Shown here one piece after another: positions 37,187-48,364 of a stretch of DNA of 64,000 nt. Made by a program: the position numbers and the translations under genes. Location of the stretch: positions 11,801 to 75,800 of the forward strand of contig MHSK01000006.1 of the NCBI GenBank assembly GCA_001821295.1, read 5' to 3'. Within the stretch, counting starts at the first letter, position 1, and each line of letters starts with the position of its first letter. Origin of the DNA: Candidatus Taylorbacteria bacterium RIFCSPLOWO2_12_FULL_43_20. Lineage in GTDB: Bacteria; Patescibacteriota; Minisyncoccia; Phycocordibacterales; HO2-43-120. The notes under the pieces are model-generated. The model made no database searches, was not told where the DNA came from, and saw nothing but the letters and a program-made list of their open reading frames with translations.

Positions 37187-37235
37187 CAATGTTCCGCAAA
37201 AGCCCTGCCGAGAAAAGAGTTTCGTAATACACCGT
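37187..37235 (+). repeat. Repeat family D copy 3
   Basis: tgttccgcaaaagccctgccgagaaaagagtttcgtaatac. Confidence 0.75.
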
Positions 37236-37262
37236 ATTGAATTTTCTTTCGTCACGAGATTT

Positions 37263-39356
<2,094 letters not shown>

Positions 39357-39443
39357 TTATACCAAAAATCGGCAAAAATGAAAGCGGTCAGTGGTGGACA
39401 GCAGGACCCCGGGCAGCGTTCAAAGGGTTTTATTTCACATTTT

Positions 39444-41393
39444 TTACCTCACTTCCCAGCCGCGGCTAGCCACCTCTTTATATATTTTTTCCATAATGTT
39501 GTTTACTTCGTTGTCCGTCAAGGTTTTATCCTTTGACTGGAATACGATTCTTAAGGCGAATGAAGTCCTGCCGTCTTTGACGAAGCTGTCAAACATCCTC
39601 ACGGACACAGCATAATGTCCGGCCTCTTTTCTCAGCAGCTCCTCTATGTCCTTCTCACTGTCGGCCGGAGCCCAAAGCGCTATATCTCGCACCACAAATG
39701 GATAAACCGAGTACGGCTTGAAATGTGTAATATTTTTTTGATCTATGATAATACCATTGTATGAATTCGGAGCGGAAATAGGCAAGATCAATTCATCAAG
39801 GTCAATCTCCATAATACCGTCCAGATTATTTATCTTGCCGATCATTTTATTCTCATTCAATATTTGCCCGCCGCTATCATCAACCGTGCAAACAACTTTT
39901 ACCGAAACGCCGAGCGCCGCAATAAGATCGTCCCTGATTGCTTTTATTTTATCATTGGACCGGATATTTTTTTTGTTTATATTTCTTATACCAACGCAAA
40001 AAGAGGTATGTTCTCCTTCTTCAGGAAAAACATTTCCTATCTCAAAAATCTTAACTTCATCTAATCCCAAAAGAGCGGCGTTTGAGCAATTATTGTCCAG
40101 ACACTTTTCCAAACGCTCCGACAATTCCTCTCTCAAAAATGCCTTGTCTTTTGCCAGCGGCTTGACTATTTCCCGCTTGCCCTTCGCCCGAAAAGTTGAG
40201 TTCATCACTTCGGAAAAACCCCTCTCTACCATGAACTGCCTTATAAAATTTTCGTAATAAAATTTTTTATTGACCGCCGGCTTGACTCCCAAGCCACTTC
40301 TCGGCTCTCTGGCTCCTACATTAGAGTAGCCGTAAATCCGACCTATTTCCTCAACTATGTCCTCCTCCACGCGCAAATCAAGCCGAAAATAAGGGGGAAA
40401 AATTGTGAATTTACCTCCCTCTTCTTCCGCCTCTATGCTCAAGCGCGTCAAAATGTCTTTAATGTCATCATTGGCTATATTCGCCCCGAGTTTGTCGTTT
40501 ATAAACTTGCCGGTAGTTTCTATTACCGTTTTATCTTTTTTAGCGCTGTACACATCCGCCACTTCTCCCACTTTAATATTTTTGTCCATCTCAAAAATAT
40601 AGGCGGTAAAGTCTTCCATTCCTCTAGCCGCTGACTCGGGCGATAATCCATTCTCAAATCTTTTGGAAGCGTCTGTTTTAATGCCAAGTTTCTCCGAGGT
40701 TCTCCTTACGCTCTCTGCGTTAAAATTTGCCGATTCTAAAATTAAATTTTTAGTCCTTGATGTCACTTCCGCTTTCTTGCCGCCCTTTACGCCTGCCACA
40801 GCCAAAACCGACTTGTCGTCAGAAATAACCAGCATAGTCTCATCCAGCAAAACCTCTTTATTATCAAGAGTTGTTATCTTTTCCGACGGCCGAGCAAGCC
40901 GGACGGTAATTTCACCATCCACCATGTCTCTGTCAAAGGCGTGCAATGGCTGGCCCATATCCAGCATCACAACATTCGCGCCGTCTACCACCGGGTGTAT
41001 TGATCTCTGTCCGACAGCTTCCAGATGTTCAGTTACCCAAGCTTGTTCCTTTGTATTAATATTTTCAATGACTCGAGCCATATAGCGCGGGCAGAGATCC
41101 GGCGCTTCAACCCTGACGGATAACTCCGCGACTTGGGAGACGACCGGCAGAGGCCATCTCATCTCCTTTTTTTTAATATTTAAAACAGCCGCCGCTTCGT
41201 ACGCTACCCCTCTGTGCGACAAAGCGTAACATGCCCTGTCCGGCAAAACTTTTACATCCAAGATTATATCTTCCCCTCTCTTCTCTATCCCCTCAACTTC
41301 CGCAAAAGAAAAAGTAATAAGCTCCGCTAGCTTTTCCGGCACGGGCAATTTATCGTCAAAATAATTTTGTAACCAGTTATAAGATATTTTCAT
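39444..41393 (-). CDS. pheT: Phenylalanine--tRNA ligase beta subunit (start set at the ATG of MKISYNWLQ; the track's GTG start is 33 nt upstream)
   Basis: B3/4, B5 and catalytic-like domains. Canonical N-terminus MKISYNWL. Confidence 0.9.
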   Translation of the reverse strand: MKISYNWLQNYFDDKLPVPEKLAELITFSFAEVEGIEKRGEDIILDVKVLPDRACYALSHRGVAYEAAAVLNIKKKEMRWPLPVVSQVAELSVRVEAPDLCPRYMARVIENINTKEQAWVTEHLEAVGQRSIHPVVDGANVVMLDMGQPLHAFDRDMVDGEITVRLARPSEKITTLDNKEVLLDETMLVISDDKSVLAVAGVKGGKKAEVTSRTKNLILESANFNAESVRRTSEKLGIKTDASKRFENGLSPESAARGMEDFTAYIFEMDKNIKVGEVADVYSAKKDKTVIETTGKFINDKLGANIANDDIKDILTRLSIEAEEEGGKFTIFPPYFRLDLRVEEDIVEEIGRIYGYSNVGAREPRSGLGVKPAVNKKFYYENFIRQFMVERGFSEVMNSTFRAKGKREIVKPLAKDKAFLREELSERLEKCLDNNCSNAALLGLDEVKIFEIGNVFPEEGEHTSFCVGIRNINKKNIRSNDKIKAIRDDLIAALGVSVKVVCTVDDSGGQILNENKMIGKINNLDGIMEIDLDELILPISAPNSYNGIIIDQKNITHFKPYSVYPFVVRDIALWAPADSEKDIEELLRKEAGHYAVSVRMFDSFVKDGRTSFALRIVFQSKDKTLTDNEVNNIMEKIYKEVASRGWEVR

Positions 41394-41411
41394 AGGATTC
41401 TGTTTAATCGC

Positions 41412-41440
41412 TTGACAGTGTGACACTGTCGCGATATACT
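41412..41440 (+). promoter_or_regulatory. Consensus-like promoter TTGACA-17-TATACT overlapping the perfect palindrome gacagtgt-g-acactgtc, oriented antisense to the NYN/pheS genes
   Basis: Seen directly. Orientation is odd because both flanking genes are on the minus strand. Confidence 0.4.
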
Positions 41441-41474
41441 TTGTACATCACGACGAAAAGGGTTCTCTAAGGGG

Positions 41475-41996
41475 TCAGTCCCGACGAGAGCCCTTTTCAT
41501 TTCTATATTCTAATTTCCCCTTAAGGGAACTAACAAAATCAAAAATATTTCGTAAGGGGGAACTTAGTCGTTTCAAAAGTGCCGAATATTTTTTCTGATT
41601 TGGAACCAATACCTTTTCAAGTTTATCTACCTTCAACAGATGCTCTATCAAACAGTAGAAGTCGCCATCGCCAGAGACGATCACTGCACGGTTGTAATTG
41701 TCAATTTCAAGAATTTCATGCAGCACCAGCTCCGCGTCTACGTTTCCCTTGACTCGTCCACCTGACAACTCCAACGTTGGTTTAAAGATGCATAAATAAT
41801 CTGCCTTTTGCAGAAAGGTATAAAGTGCCTCATTTCCCGGTTTGTAGCCGATAAAAAGATAGGCCTTTGAGATACCGTACTTGTCGCGCAAATATATTCT
41901 GAACTTTTGCCAGTCCAAACGCCACCCCTGCTCCCGAATCGCAAGGTTTAGATTCTGACTATCTATGAAGGCAAAATTATTTTGGGAATCTTTCAT
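41475..41996 (-). CDS. NYN-domain (LabA-like, PIN-fold) putative RNase
   Basis: AFIDSQNL…GNVDAELVLH…VIVSGDGDFYCLIEHL matches the NYN/LabA acidic-residue pattern. Confidence 0.65.
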   Translation of the reverse strand: MKDSQNNFAFIDSQNLNLAIREQGWRLDWQKFRIYLRDKYGISKAYLFIGYKPGNEALYTFLQKADYLCIFKPTLELSGGRVKGNVDAELVLHEILEIDNYNRAVIVSGDGDFYCLIEHLLKVDKLEKVLVPNQKKYSALLKRLSSPLRNIFDFVSSLKGKLEYRNEKGSRRD

Positions 41997-42005
41997 AATT
42001 AAAAA

Positions 42006-42785
42006 TCAAAACTGATTAACAAACCTAAGATCGCCGCTGTAGAACATTCTAATGTCCGGAATGCCATATTTCACCATAAGCAAACGGTCTATACCAACGC
42101 CAAATGCAAACCCTGTAAATTCTTTTAGGTTAACCGCCTTTAATACGTTGGGATGGACAAGCCCTGCCCCTCCCATCTCGAGCCACTTGCCGCCAAATTT
42201 CATGTCTACCTCCACCGACGGTTCAGTAAAAGGAAAGTAACTTGGGCGGAAACGAATCTCAACATCGTCGCCAAAAAATTTCCTGAAAAAAAATGAGAGT
42301 GTTCCTTTCAAATCTGCCAGTGAAACGTGCGTGTCAACATACAGCCCCTCAACCTGATAAAATTGCGCTTCATGTGTCGCGTCCGTAGCCTCGTTTCGAA
42401 AAACTTTTCCCGGGACAATGACTTTGTACGGCGGTTTAATACTCTCCCTTAGTTTCTCCTCCATGTAACGAATTTGCACCGGCGAAGTATGTGTTCTGAG
42501 AAGCTTTTTTTTGTTTTCTGTTTCGGATTTCGTGTTTCGGATTTCGTGCTTACTTTCTGGATGTTTAATCCAGAAGGTATCTTGCATATCCCTTGCCGGA
42601 TGATCCTTGGGAAAGTTAAGAGATTCAAAATTGTGCCATTCATCTTCCAGCTCAGGACCTAACGCGACTTCATAACCCACGTCAAAAAAAATCTTGTGTA
42701 TGTTCCAAATAGCTGTGCTTAAAGGATGAATGTGGCCTGTTAATCTGTTTTGTCCTTCAGAATTATTTAATCTGTGTTCAGTCAT
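42006..42785 (-). CDS. pheS: Phenylalanine--tRNA ligase alpha subunit (short form)
   Basis: Class II motifs: FRPSYFPFTEPSVEVD, GAGLVHPNVL, FAFGVGIDRL. Contains a 14-bp direct tandem repeat (tttcggatttcgtg x2) at 42519-42546 inside the CDS. Confidence 0.9.
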   Translation of the reverse strand: MTEHRLNNSEGQNRLTGHIHPLSTAIWNIHKIFFDVGYEVALGPELEDEWHNFESLNFPKDHPARDMQDTFWIKHPESKHEIRNTKSETENKKKLLRTHTSPVQIRYMEEKLRESIKPPYKVIVPGKVFRNEATDATHEAQFYQVEGLYVDTHVSLADLKGTLSFFFRKFFGDDVEIRFRPSYFPFTEPSVEVDMKFGGKWLEMGGAGLVHPNVLKAVNLKEFTGFAFGVGIDRLLMVKYGIPDIRMFYSGDLRFVNQF

Positions 42786-42889
42786 AATGTATTATGAATT
42801 ATAATGAAAAAAACTCTTTTTTGGAAGCATTTGGGCAAAAGTTTATCATTGCAATAAAAGATCAAATCAACTAAACTGTTATTAATCCT

Positions 42890-44128
42890 ATGGACATTCT
42901 TAACGGCCTTCCTATTCATCTGTTTATTTTCATATCCTTGTATTTCGAGGTTTTTTTGATGATTACGTACATGGAGAGAAGGAAGCTGATCAAAAGCGAG
43001 GAGAACCAACTATCCGTCGGTAATCTGCCCTCATGCACGATCATCGTGCCCTGTTTCAATGAAGAATCAACAATAGCCAACACTCTGCAGTCCCTCTTGG
43101 AGCTTGATTATCCAAAGAACAAACTATGTATTGTCGCGGTAAACGACGGAAGTACTGACGAAACCCCTCTGATTCTAAAATCCTATGAAAAGTTCGAGAA
43201 CATAACAATCTATCACAAAGAAAACGGCGGCAAGCACACAGCGTTAAATCTAGGACTAGACAAGACTCAAACGGAGCTTGTCGGCTGTCTGGATGCGGAC
43301 TCCTACGTACACAAAGACGCTCTTAAGAAAATCGCCGTCTATTTTGACGACTCCGACACAATGGCCGTAACACCATCCATAAGAGTGCACAATCCGAAAA
43401 ATATATTTGAAAAAATACAAAATATTGAATACAACTACGGCAGTTTCGTTAGAAAAATATTCAGTCACATGAATTGTTTATACGTGACTCCAGGACCTTT
43501 CTCAATATTCAGAAGATCCGTATTCACCGACATAGGATTCTACAAACCCGCGCACAATACGGAGGACATAGAAATTGCCCTGCGCATGCAAAGCCATAAA
43601 TTTAAAATAAAAAATTGCCATAAAGCCTTTGTAGACACCACAACACCGAGGACTTTTGTCACTCTTTACAAACAGCGCCTGAGATGGACTTATGGATTCA
43701 TTCGCAACGCCTTGGATTATAAGCATATGTTCTTCAGACGAGAGCACGGCAACCTTGGTTTGTTCGCTCTGCCGCTTGCTCCGATATACATAATATCTGC
43801 TTTGTACATAATGTTTACCCTTCTATTTAATGTTCTAGAGTACGCTCTGGAATACATAGCCAGAGTCAGGGTTACTGGAATTCAGGCGGGGTGGCCGCAA
43901 TTCAATTTGGATTGGTATTTTGTTAATACAGACACGAAAACTTTCTTGTGGGGAGTTTCACTTCTATTGCTCGTCACCATAATCATTCTCGGTCACAGAT
44001 TCGCGGACAAAAAAGTAAAACTCATGGATTTTGTCTACACCTTCATACTTTACGGCATTATCTCGCCGAGCTGGCTTTTTATATCTATATATAAAACGCT
44101 TTTCCGCAAAAAGACTACATGGAGGTGA
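42890..44128 (+). CDS. Family 2 glycosyltransferase, processive type (membrane-embedded, QxxRW motif)
   Basis: IIVPCFNEE…VNDGSTDET…GCLDADSYV…QRLRWTYG, C-terminal TM helices. Confidence 0.8.
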   Translation: MDILNGLPIHLFIFISLYFEVFLMITYMERRKLIKSEENQLSVGNLPSCTIIVPCFNEESTIANTLQSLLELDYPKNKLCIVAVNDGSTDETPLILKSYEKFENITIYHKENGGKHTALNLGLDKTQTELVGCLDADSYVHKDALKKIAVYFDDSDTMAVTPSIRVHNPKNIFEKIQNIEYNYGSFVRKIFSHMNCLYVTPGPFSIFRRSVFTDIGFYKPAHNTEDIEIALRMQSHKFKIKNCHKAFVDTTTPRTFVTLYKQRLRWTYGFIRNALDYKHMFFRREHGNLGLFALPLAPIYIISALYIMFTLLFNVLEYALEYIARVRVTGIQAGWPQFNLDWYFVNTDTKTFLWGVSLLLLVTIIILGHRFADKKVKLMDFVYTFILYGIISPSWLFISIYKTLFRKKTTWR

Positions 44129-44195
44129 GTGGTCCGCGGTGTAATGTTCAGCACGCTGGCGGATTGATATACCTGTATGTTAATATGTTCCCATT

Positions 44196-44900
44196 ATGCC
44201 TTACAAAGCGGATTGGAATAAATACGTCATCTCATTTGTTATCACCTCGTTTATATTCTTTACGGCCATAGTTTTGAGCTGGCATTTCAACAATAGAAGA
44301 CTGGTGAATGTACGCGCCATTGAGGATAAAATTTCCATTGATATTTTGTCTTCAGAAACCCAGTTTTCACTGTTGGCTGAATCTTCATGCAAAGATGTCA
44401 ACACTACTTTTTTATTCCAGGAGCTTAATTCTCTGGCAGAAAAAATAGAGTACAGTGAACAAAATTTAAGAGGCAGCGAAGAGATAATCAGCTTGAAAAA
44501 ATACTACTCACTGCTTCAGATCAAGGACTATCTCCTCATGAAGAAGGTCAGTGAGAGATGCCAGCTTGACCCTATATTCATAATTTATTTTTATTCCAAC
44601 AAGGACAATTGTCCGGACTGCGCTAGACAAGGATACGTTCTCACATCACTTAGAGATAAGCATCCGGAACTCAGAGTGTACTCATTTGATTACTTATTGG
44701 ACTTATCCGCGCTCAGAGCTCTCATATCCATTTACAAAGTGCCTGATACTCTGCCGGCTTTGGTCCTTGATGAAAAAACTTACACCGGATTCAAATCAAT
44801 TGAGGAGATAGAGAAAATAATCCCTGAATTGGCCGAGAAGGCCACATCGACGCCCGCCGTATCCGAGAATGAAAAACCAGCCACCAAAGGAAGAAGATGA
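44196..44900 (+). CDS. Hypothetical membrane-anchored protein with CPDC motif
   Basis: One N-terminal TM helix. CxxC could indicate a thioredoxin-like fold. Weak. Confidence 0.35.
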   Translation: MPYKADWNKYVISFVITSFIFFTAIVLSWHFNNRRLVNVRAIEDKISIDILSSETQFSLLAESSCKDVNTTFLFQELNSLAEKIEYSEQNLRGSEEIISLKKYYSLLQIKDYLLMKKVSERCQLDPIFIIYFYSNKDNCPDCARQGYVLTSLRDKHPELRVYSFDYLLDLSALRALISIYKVPDTLPALVLDEKTYTGFKSIEEIEKIIPELAEKATSTPAVSENEKPATKGRR

Positions 44901-45337
44901 TGCCGAACTATTTTACGAACAAACAAAATATCCGCGAAATTGGCGTCTTTGTGATTATTGGCGTCCTCAACACAGCCATAGATTTCACAGTGCTCAATCT
45001 TCTAATAATTTTCTTTGGCATAAGCAGTCCCGTTATATACTTTCTGTTTAAGACATTTTCTTTTCTGGCGGCGGTGATGAACAGTTACGTTATGAATAAG
45101 CGGTACACTTTCTCCCACAGAGGGGAGAATTTAAAGACCTTTCCCAAGTTCATTTCCGTCACAGCGTTGAATTTTTTTATAAACGTAGGAATATCTTCGC
45201 TCGTCTTCGCAACGTTATCCGCGTCCTTTACCTTTAATCCTTTCTTGGTGGCAAACGCTAGCGCCGTCCTCGGTATATCGTTTGGAATGATATTGAATTT
45301 CTTGAGCTATAAATTCATAGTTTTTAAAAAAGACTAA
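44897..45337 (+). CDS. GtrA-family polysaccharide-synthesis membrane protein
   Basis: 146 aa, 4 TM helices, GtrA-like pattern (…IGVLNTAIDF…FKFISVTALNFFIN…). Confidence 0.75.
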   Translation: MMPNYFTNKQNIREIGVFVIIGVLNTAIDFTVLNLLIIFFGISSPVIYFLFKTFSFLAAVMNSYVMNKRYTFSHRGENLKTFPKFISVTALNFFINVGISSLVFATLSASFTFNPFLVANASAVLGISFGMILNFLSYKFIVFKKD

Positions 45338-45354
45338 CTCTCGGCAATACTACA

Positions 45355-46749
45355 ATGCGATTGATTCAATTGAGACGATACGATACAAAAAAAATATTCA
45401 TTGCCGTCTTGGCGGTTTCTTTTATCCTTCGCGTGGCGTACATCTTCCTACCCTCGCCGATTTGGTGGGATGAATCAATATACATTGGCATGGCTAAATG
45501 GATTTTTTCCGGCCATGAATTCGGCTATTTTGAGCCATTTAGGCCCCTGGTTTGGCCACTGGTAAACGGTATTATCTGGCTCTTGGGTCTGAATAACTTA
45601 TTTTGGGGCAAGGTGCTACAAGTTGTTTTCAGTATGGCTTGCATCGGCCTCATTTATCTAATTGGCGAAAGAATGAGAAAGGGCGCCGGGCTGTTGTCGA
45701 CAACGTTACTGGCGTTTACACCTGTCTTTTTTCTCTTCACCAATGTATCTTTGACGGGAATTCCGTCAATGTTTTTTATTTTACTATCCGTGTATTTACT
45801 AATGCGCGGGCGGCCCTTCTTTGCCGGTCTAGCCGGCGGTGTTTCATTCTTGACTCGTTATCCTCACGCCCTTTATCTCGTTTCAGTAATGATTTTTTTC
45901 GCAGTAATGACGGCTATCGGACGACAACACAGAGAGCAGATAAAAGAGGCGGCAGTCTTTGGAGCCGGCGCCGGAATTTTGATTTTACCTTTTTTTATTT
46001 TGAATTTTTATTTATACGGAAATATATTCTACCCTCTTACTGCAGGCGCCTCTTTGGTTTCATCTGATCCTGTTTTGGCCAGCCAATATTTTTATTATAT
46101 CCGTCATCTGGTCTTTCAAAATCCCTTCATCCTGTTCGCGGTGACAACTGTAGCGACTTTGTTTTTTAGGCCAGTAAGAAAAAATCTGGTTGAAAAAAGA
46201 TATCACCTGCTTGCCATTTTTGCCGCGCTCGTTTATATATCTTATTTTACATGGACGGCTCACAAGGAAGTGAGGTACATTATCGCGTTTCTGCCTTTTT
46301 TTATACTGATCTCTTCCACTGGGATTTTGGAATTGAATTTCAAAAATAAATTTCTAGTCCCATTTCTTACAGTCGGCATCTTTATTCTTTTAGCGGCGAA
46401 CATTTTTATTATTGCCGGCACGAGACCCCTTGAGCGAGAACGAGAACAATTCTATGGATACTTTTCTGACAAGAAAGGCGCGAGGGTCATTACCTCAACC
46501 CCGATGATAATGTCAGTCTCGGACGTCAAATTAATCGGAGTCTTTGACACTTGGAGCAATACACTCAGTTTCTATTCCAGAGAAAAAGAAAATTTGGACT
46601 ACGCCGCTCTTGACACATGTGGCCTTGCTTGCGAGAACGGCAACTGCGAAGCCAAAACCAATCTGCTTTCAGAGCTGAACAAAGAAACTCTCCTCGTGCA
46701 CAAAGGCGAGGTTGGTAACTGCGAGCTGTTTATCTACAAAATACCTTAA
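45355..46749 (+). CDS. GT-C fold glycosyltransferase (ArnT/PMT-like, family 39/83-like)
   Basis: Polytopic membrane protein. N-terminal …WWDESIYIGMA… loop with DE motif typical of PMT_2/ArnT-like enzymes. Confidence 0.6.
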   Translation: MRLIQLRRYDTKKIFIAVLAVSFILRVAYIFLPSPIWWDESIYIGMAKWIFSGHEFGYFEPFRPLVWPLVNGIIWLLGLNNLFWGKVLQVVFSMACIGLIYLIGERMRKGAGLLSTTLLAFTPVFFLFTNVSLTGIPSMFFILLSVYLLMRGRPFFAGLAGGVSFLTRYPHALYLVSVMIFFAVMTAIGRQHREQIKEAAVFGAGAGILILPFFILNFYLYGNIFYPLTAGASLVSSDPVLASQYFYYIRHLVFQNPFILFAVTTVATLFFRPVRKNLVEKRYHLLAIFAALVYISYFTWTAHKEVRYIIAFLPFFILISSTGILELNFKNKFLVPFLTVGIFILLAANIFIIAGTRPLEREREQFYGYFSDKKGARVITSTPMIMSVSDVKLIGVFDTWSNTLSFYSREKENLDYAALDTCGLACENGNCEAKTNLLSELNKETLLVHKGEVGNCELFIYKIP

Positions 46750-46868
46750 CCGCAATTTACGATATTTAGCCATAGTAAATTTTAAGTGCGGCACCGCAGG
46801 GCATTAAACCCTGCGGGCCATCCGACTCTACCCTGCCAAAGCCCAGGATGTTCCCCATTCGTATCTAT

Positions 46869-46908
46869 CCCCGACGCTTCGGTCGGGGCTCCGACCGAAG
46901 CGTCGGAG
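46869..46908. repeat. Repeat family I copy 1: hairpin cgacgcttcggtcgg-ggctc-ccgaccgaagcgtcg
   Basis: Related copy at 50854-50895 (acgcttcggttgg-ggctcc-aaccaaagcgt). Followed directly by a family C copy (46905-46935) and the perfect palindrome ggctcacacacgtgtgtgagcc (46935-46956). Confidence 0.75.
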
Positions 46909-46982
46909 TCGTTAAGCGGTATCTACTATAAACGGCTCACACACGTGTGTGAGCCATTCAGTTTAATTTATCTACTCGTCAA

Positions 46983-47043
46983 CCCTCCCACGGTTCAAGT
47001 CCTTGAGGAGTTCACTCATCCGATTCGTGAGCCACCTCTCGGA
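46983..47043. repeat. 61-bp perfect direct repeat, distal copy (proximal copy 47134-47194 overlaps the tRNA-Thr 3' end)
   Basis: ccctcccacggttcaagtccttgaggagttcactcatccgattcgtgagccacctctcgga appears twice, separated by 90 bp carrying two small hairpins (ttgaaaacccaaggttttcaa and cggggaactcccgttccccg). Confidence 0.9.
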
Positions 47044-47180
47044 ATTTCACGTCGCTTTGCTCCTTGAAAACCCAAGGTTTTCAACGCTCGAAGACTCGCT
47101 CTTTCCTACACGGGGAACTCCCGTTCCCCGACCCCCTCCCACGGTTCAAGTCCTTGAGGAGTTCACTCATCCGATTCGTG

Positions 47181-47253
47181 AGCCACCTCTCGGACTTGAA
47201 CCGAGGACCCACGCTTTACAAAAGCGTTGCTCTACCAACTGAGCTAAGGTGGC
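47181..47253 (-). tRNA. tRNA-Thr (anticodon UGU)
   Basis: Minus-strand GCCACCTTAGCTCAGTTGGTAGAGCAACGCTTTTGTAAAGCGTGGGTCCTCGGTTCAAGTCCGAGAGGTGGCT. 7-bp acceptor stem, anticodon stem ACGCT/AGCGT, loop TTTGTAA, T-arm CTCGG-TTCAAGT-CCGAG. Confidence 0.88.
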
Positions 47254-47271
47254 GTAATTAACGTCAAGAAT

Positions 47272-47691
47272 TTATTTTTTGGATATATCACTGTGAACAT
47301 CATCCCATGCTTCCGTTTTTGCTTCCTTATTTTTATACTCTTCCATTCTTTTTAGAAAAAATGAAACTTCGTTTTTTTTGTAAGACATCCCTTTTCCTTT
47401 TATTTTTATAATGACTCCACTTAGTCGATCGTGAAGATAATGCGCGACTGTCAGTATGATGCGCCTTGTCCCATCTTTCAACATTATGAGCAAGATTTTG
47501 AACCCCCTTTTTCCCCCTTTAAAAAACAAGCGGGAATGAAATTCCATTTGTTTCTTTATGACAATATCGCTGCTATTTAGAACGTCTCGAGAAATTAGCG
47601 ACCTACCTCTTTTGATCTCCCATATTTTATGCAATATCAGAAGTGAAAATATGAGACATGAAGTGACAAGCGCCACAAAAGCGAAAAACAT
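47272..47691 (-). CDS. Hypothetical membrane-anchored protein (139 aa)
   Basis: N-terminal TM helix. ORF only. Confidence 0.35.
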   Translation of the reverse strand: MFFAFVALVTSCLIFSLLILHKIWEIKRGRSLISRDVLNSSDIVIKKQMEFHSRLFFKGGKRGFKILLIMLKDGTRRIILTVAHYLHDRLSGVIIKIKGKGMSYKKNEVSFFLKRMEEYKNKEAKTEAWDDVHSDISKK

Positions 47692-47693
47692 AT

Positions 47694-48281
47694 TTATTTA
47701 TTAAGAATTGAGAATCTAACAAATCTTGTTATTTCCATCTTTTCTCCGAATTTCTGTATGGCACTCTCCACCAATGAACCGATGGTCGCGTCAGGATTTT
47801 TTATAAATGGCTGGTTGATCAAGACCCGCTCGCTGAAGTACGACTTCAGTTTTCCTTCCATTATTTTTTCTCGCATGGACTCCGGCTTACCAGCCAGCTC
47901 TTTCTCAAAAACTTCCTTGGCTTTTTCCATGGCATTCGCGCCGATATCATCATACTTAAGAAACTCCGGATTTGTCGCCGCTACGTGCATCGCTATATCG
48001 TAAGCCAGAGCTTTAAACTCATCGTTATTAGCCACAAAATCAGTTTCGCAAGACAGCTCCACCATAGCGCCGATGGTTCCCTTACCATGAATATATGATG
48101 ATATAACGCCGGCTCCGAGAGCGCGATCAGACTTCTTCATGGCCGCTTCTCCGCTTTTCTTACGCAAGATTATTAGAGCCTTTTCTTTATCACCTCCAGC
48201 TTCTTCCAATGCCTTCTTGCATTGCATCACAGAAATGCCGGTTTCATCCCTTAATTCTTTTATTTGTAGAGTAGTGATCAT
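47694..48281 (-). CDS. tsf: Elongation factor Ts
   Basis: MITTLQIKELRDETGISVMQCKKALEEAGGD…LSCETDFVA, classic EF-Ts N-terminus and core. Confidence 0.92.
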   Translation of the reverse strand: MITTLQIKELRDETGISVMQCKKALEEAGGDKEKALIILRKKSGEAAMKKSDRALGAGVISSYIHGKGTIGAMVELSCETDFVANNDEFKALAYDIAMHVAATNPEFLKYDDIGANAMEKAKEVFEKELAGKPESMREKIMEGKLKSYFSERVLINQPFIKNPDATIGSLVESAIQKFGEKMEITRFVRFSILNK

Positions 48282-48364
48282 GTATTTGATGTGTCCCTGT
48301 GCCCGTTTAAGAGTAAAAGCGGCTGAATACGCTACGTTACCATCAACCGACTCTTGGTTGATTA

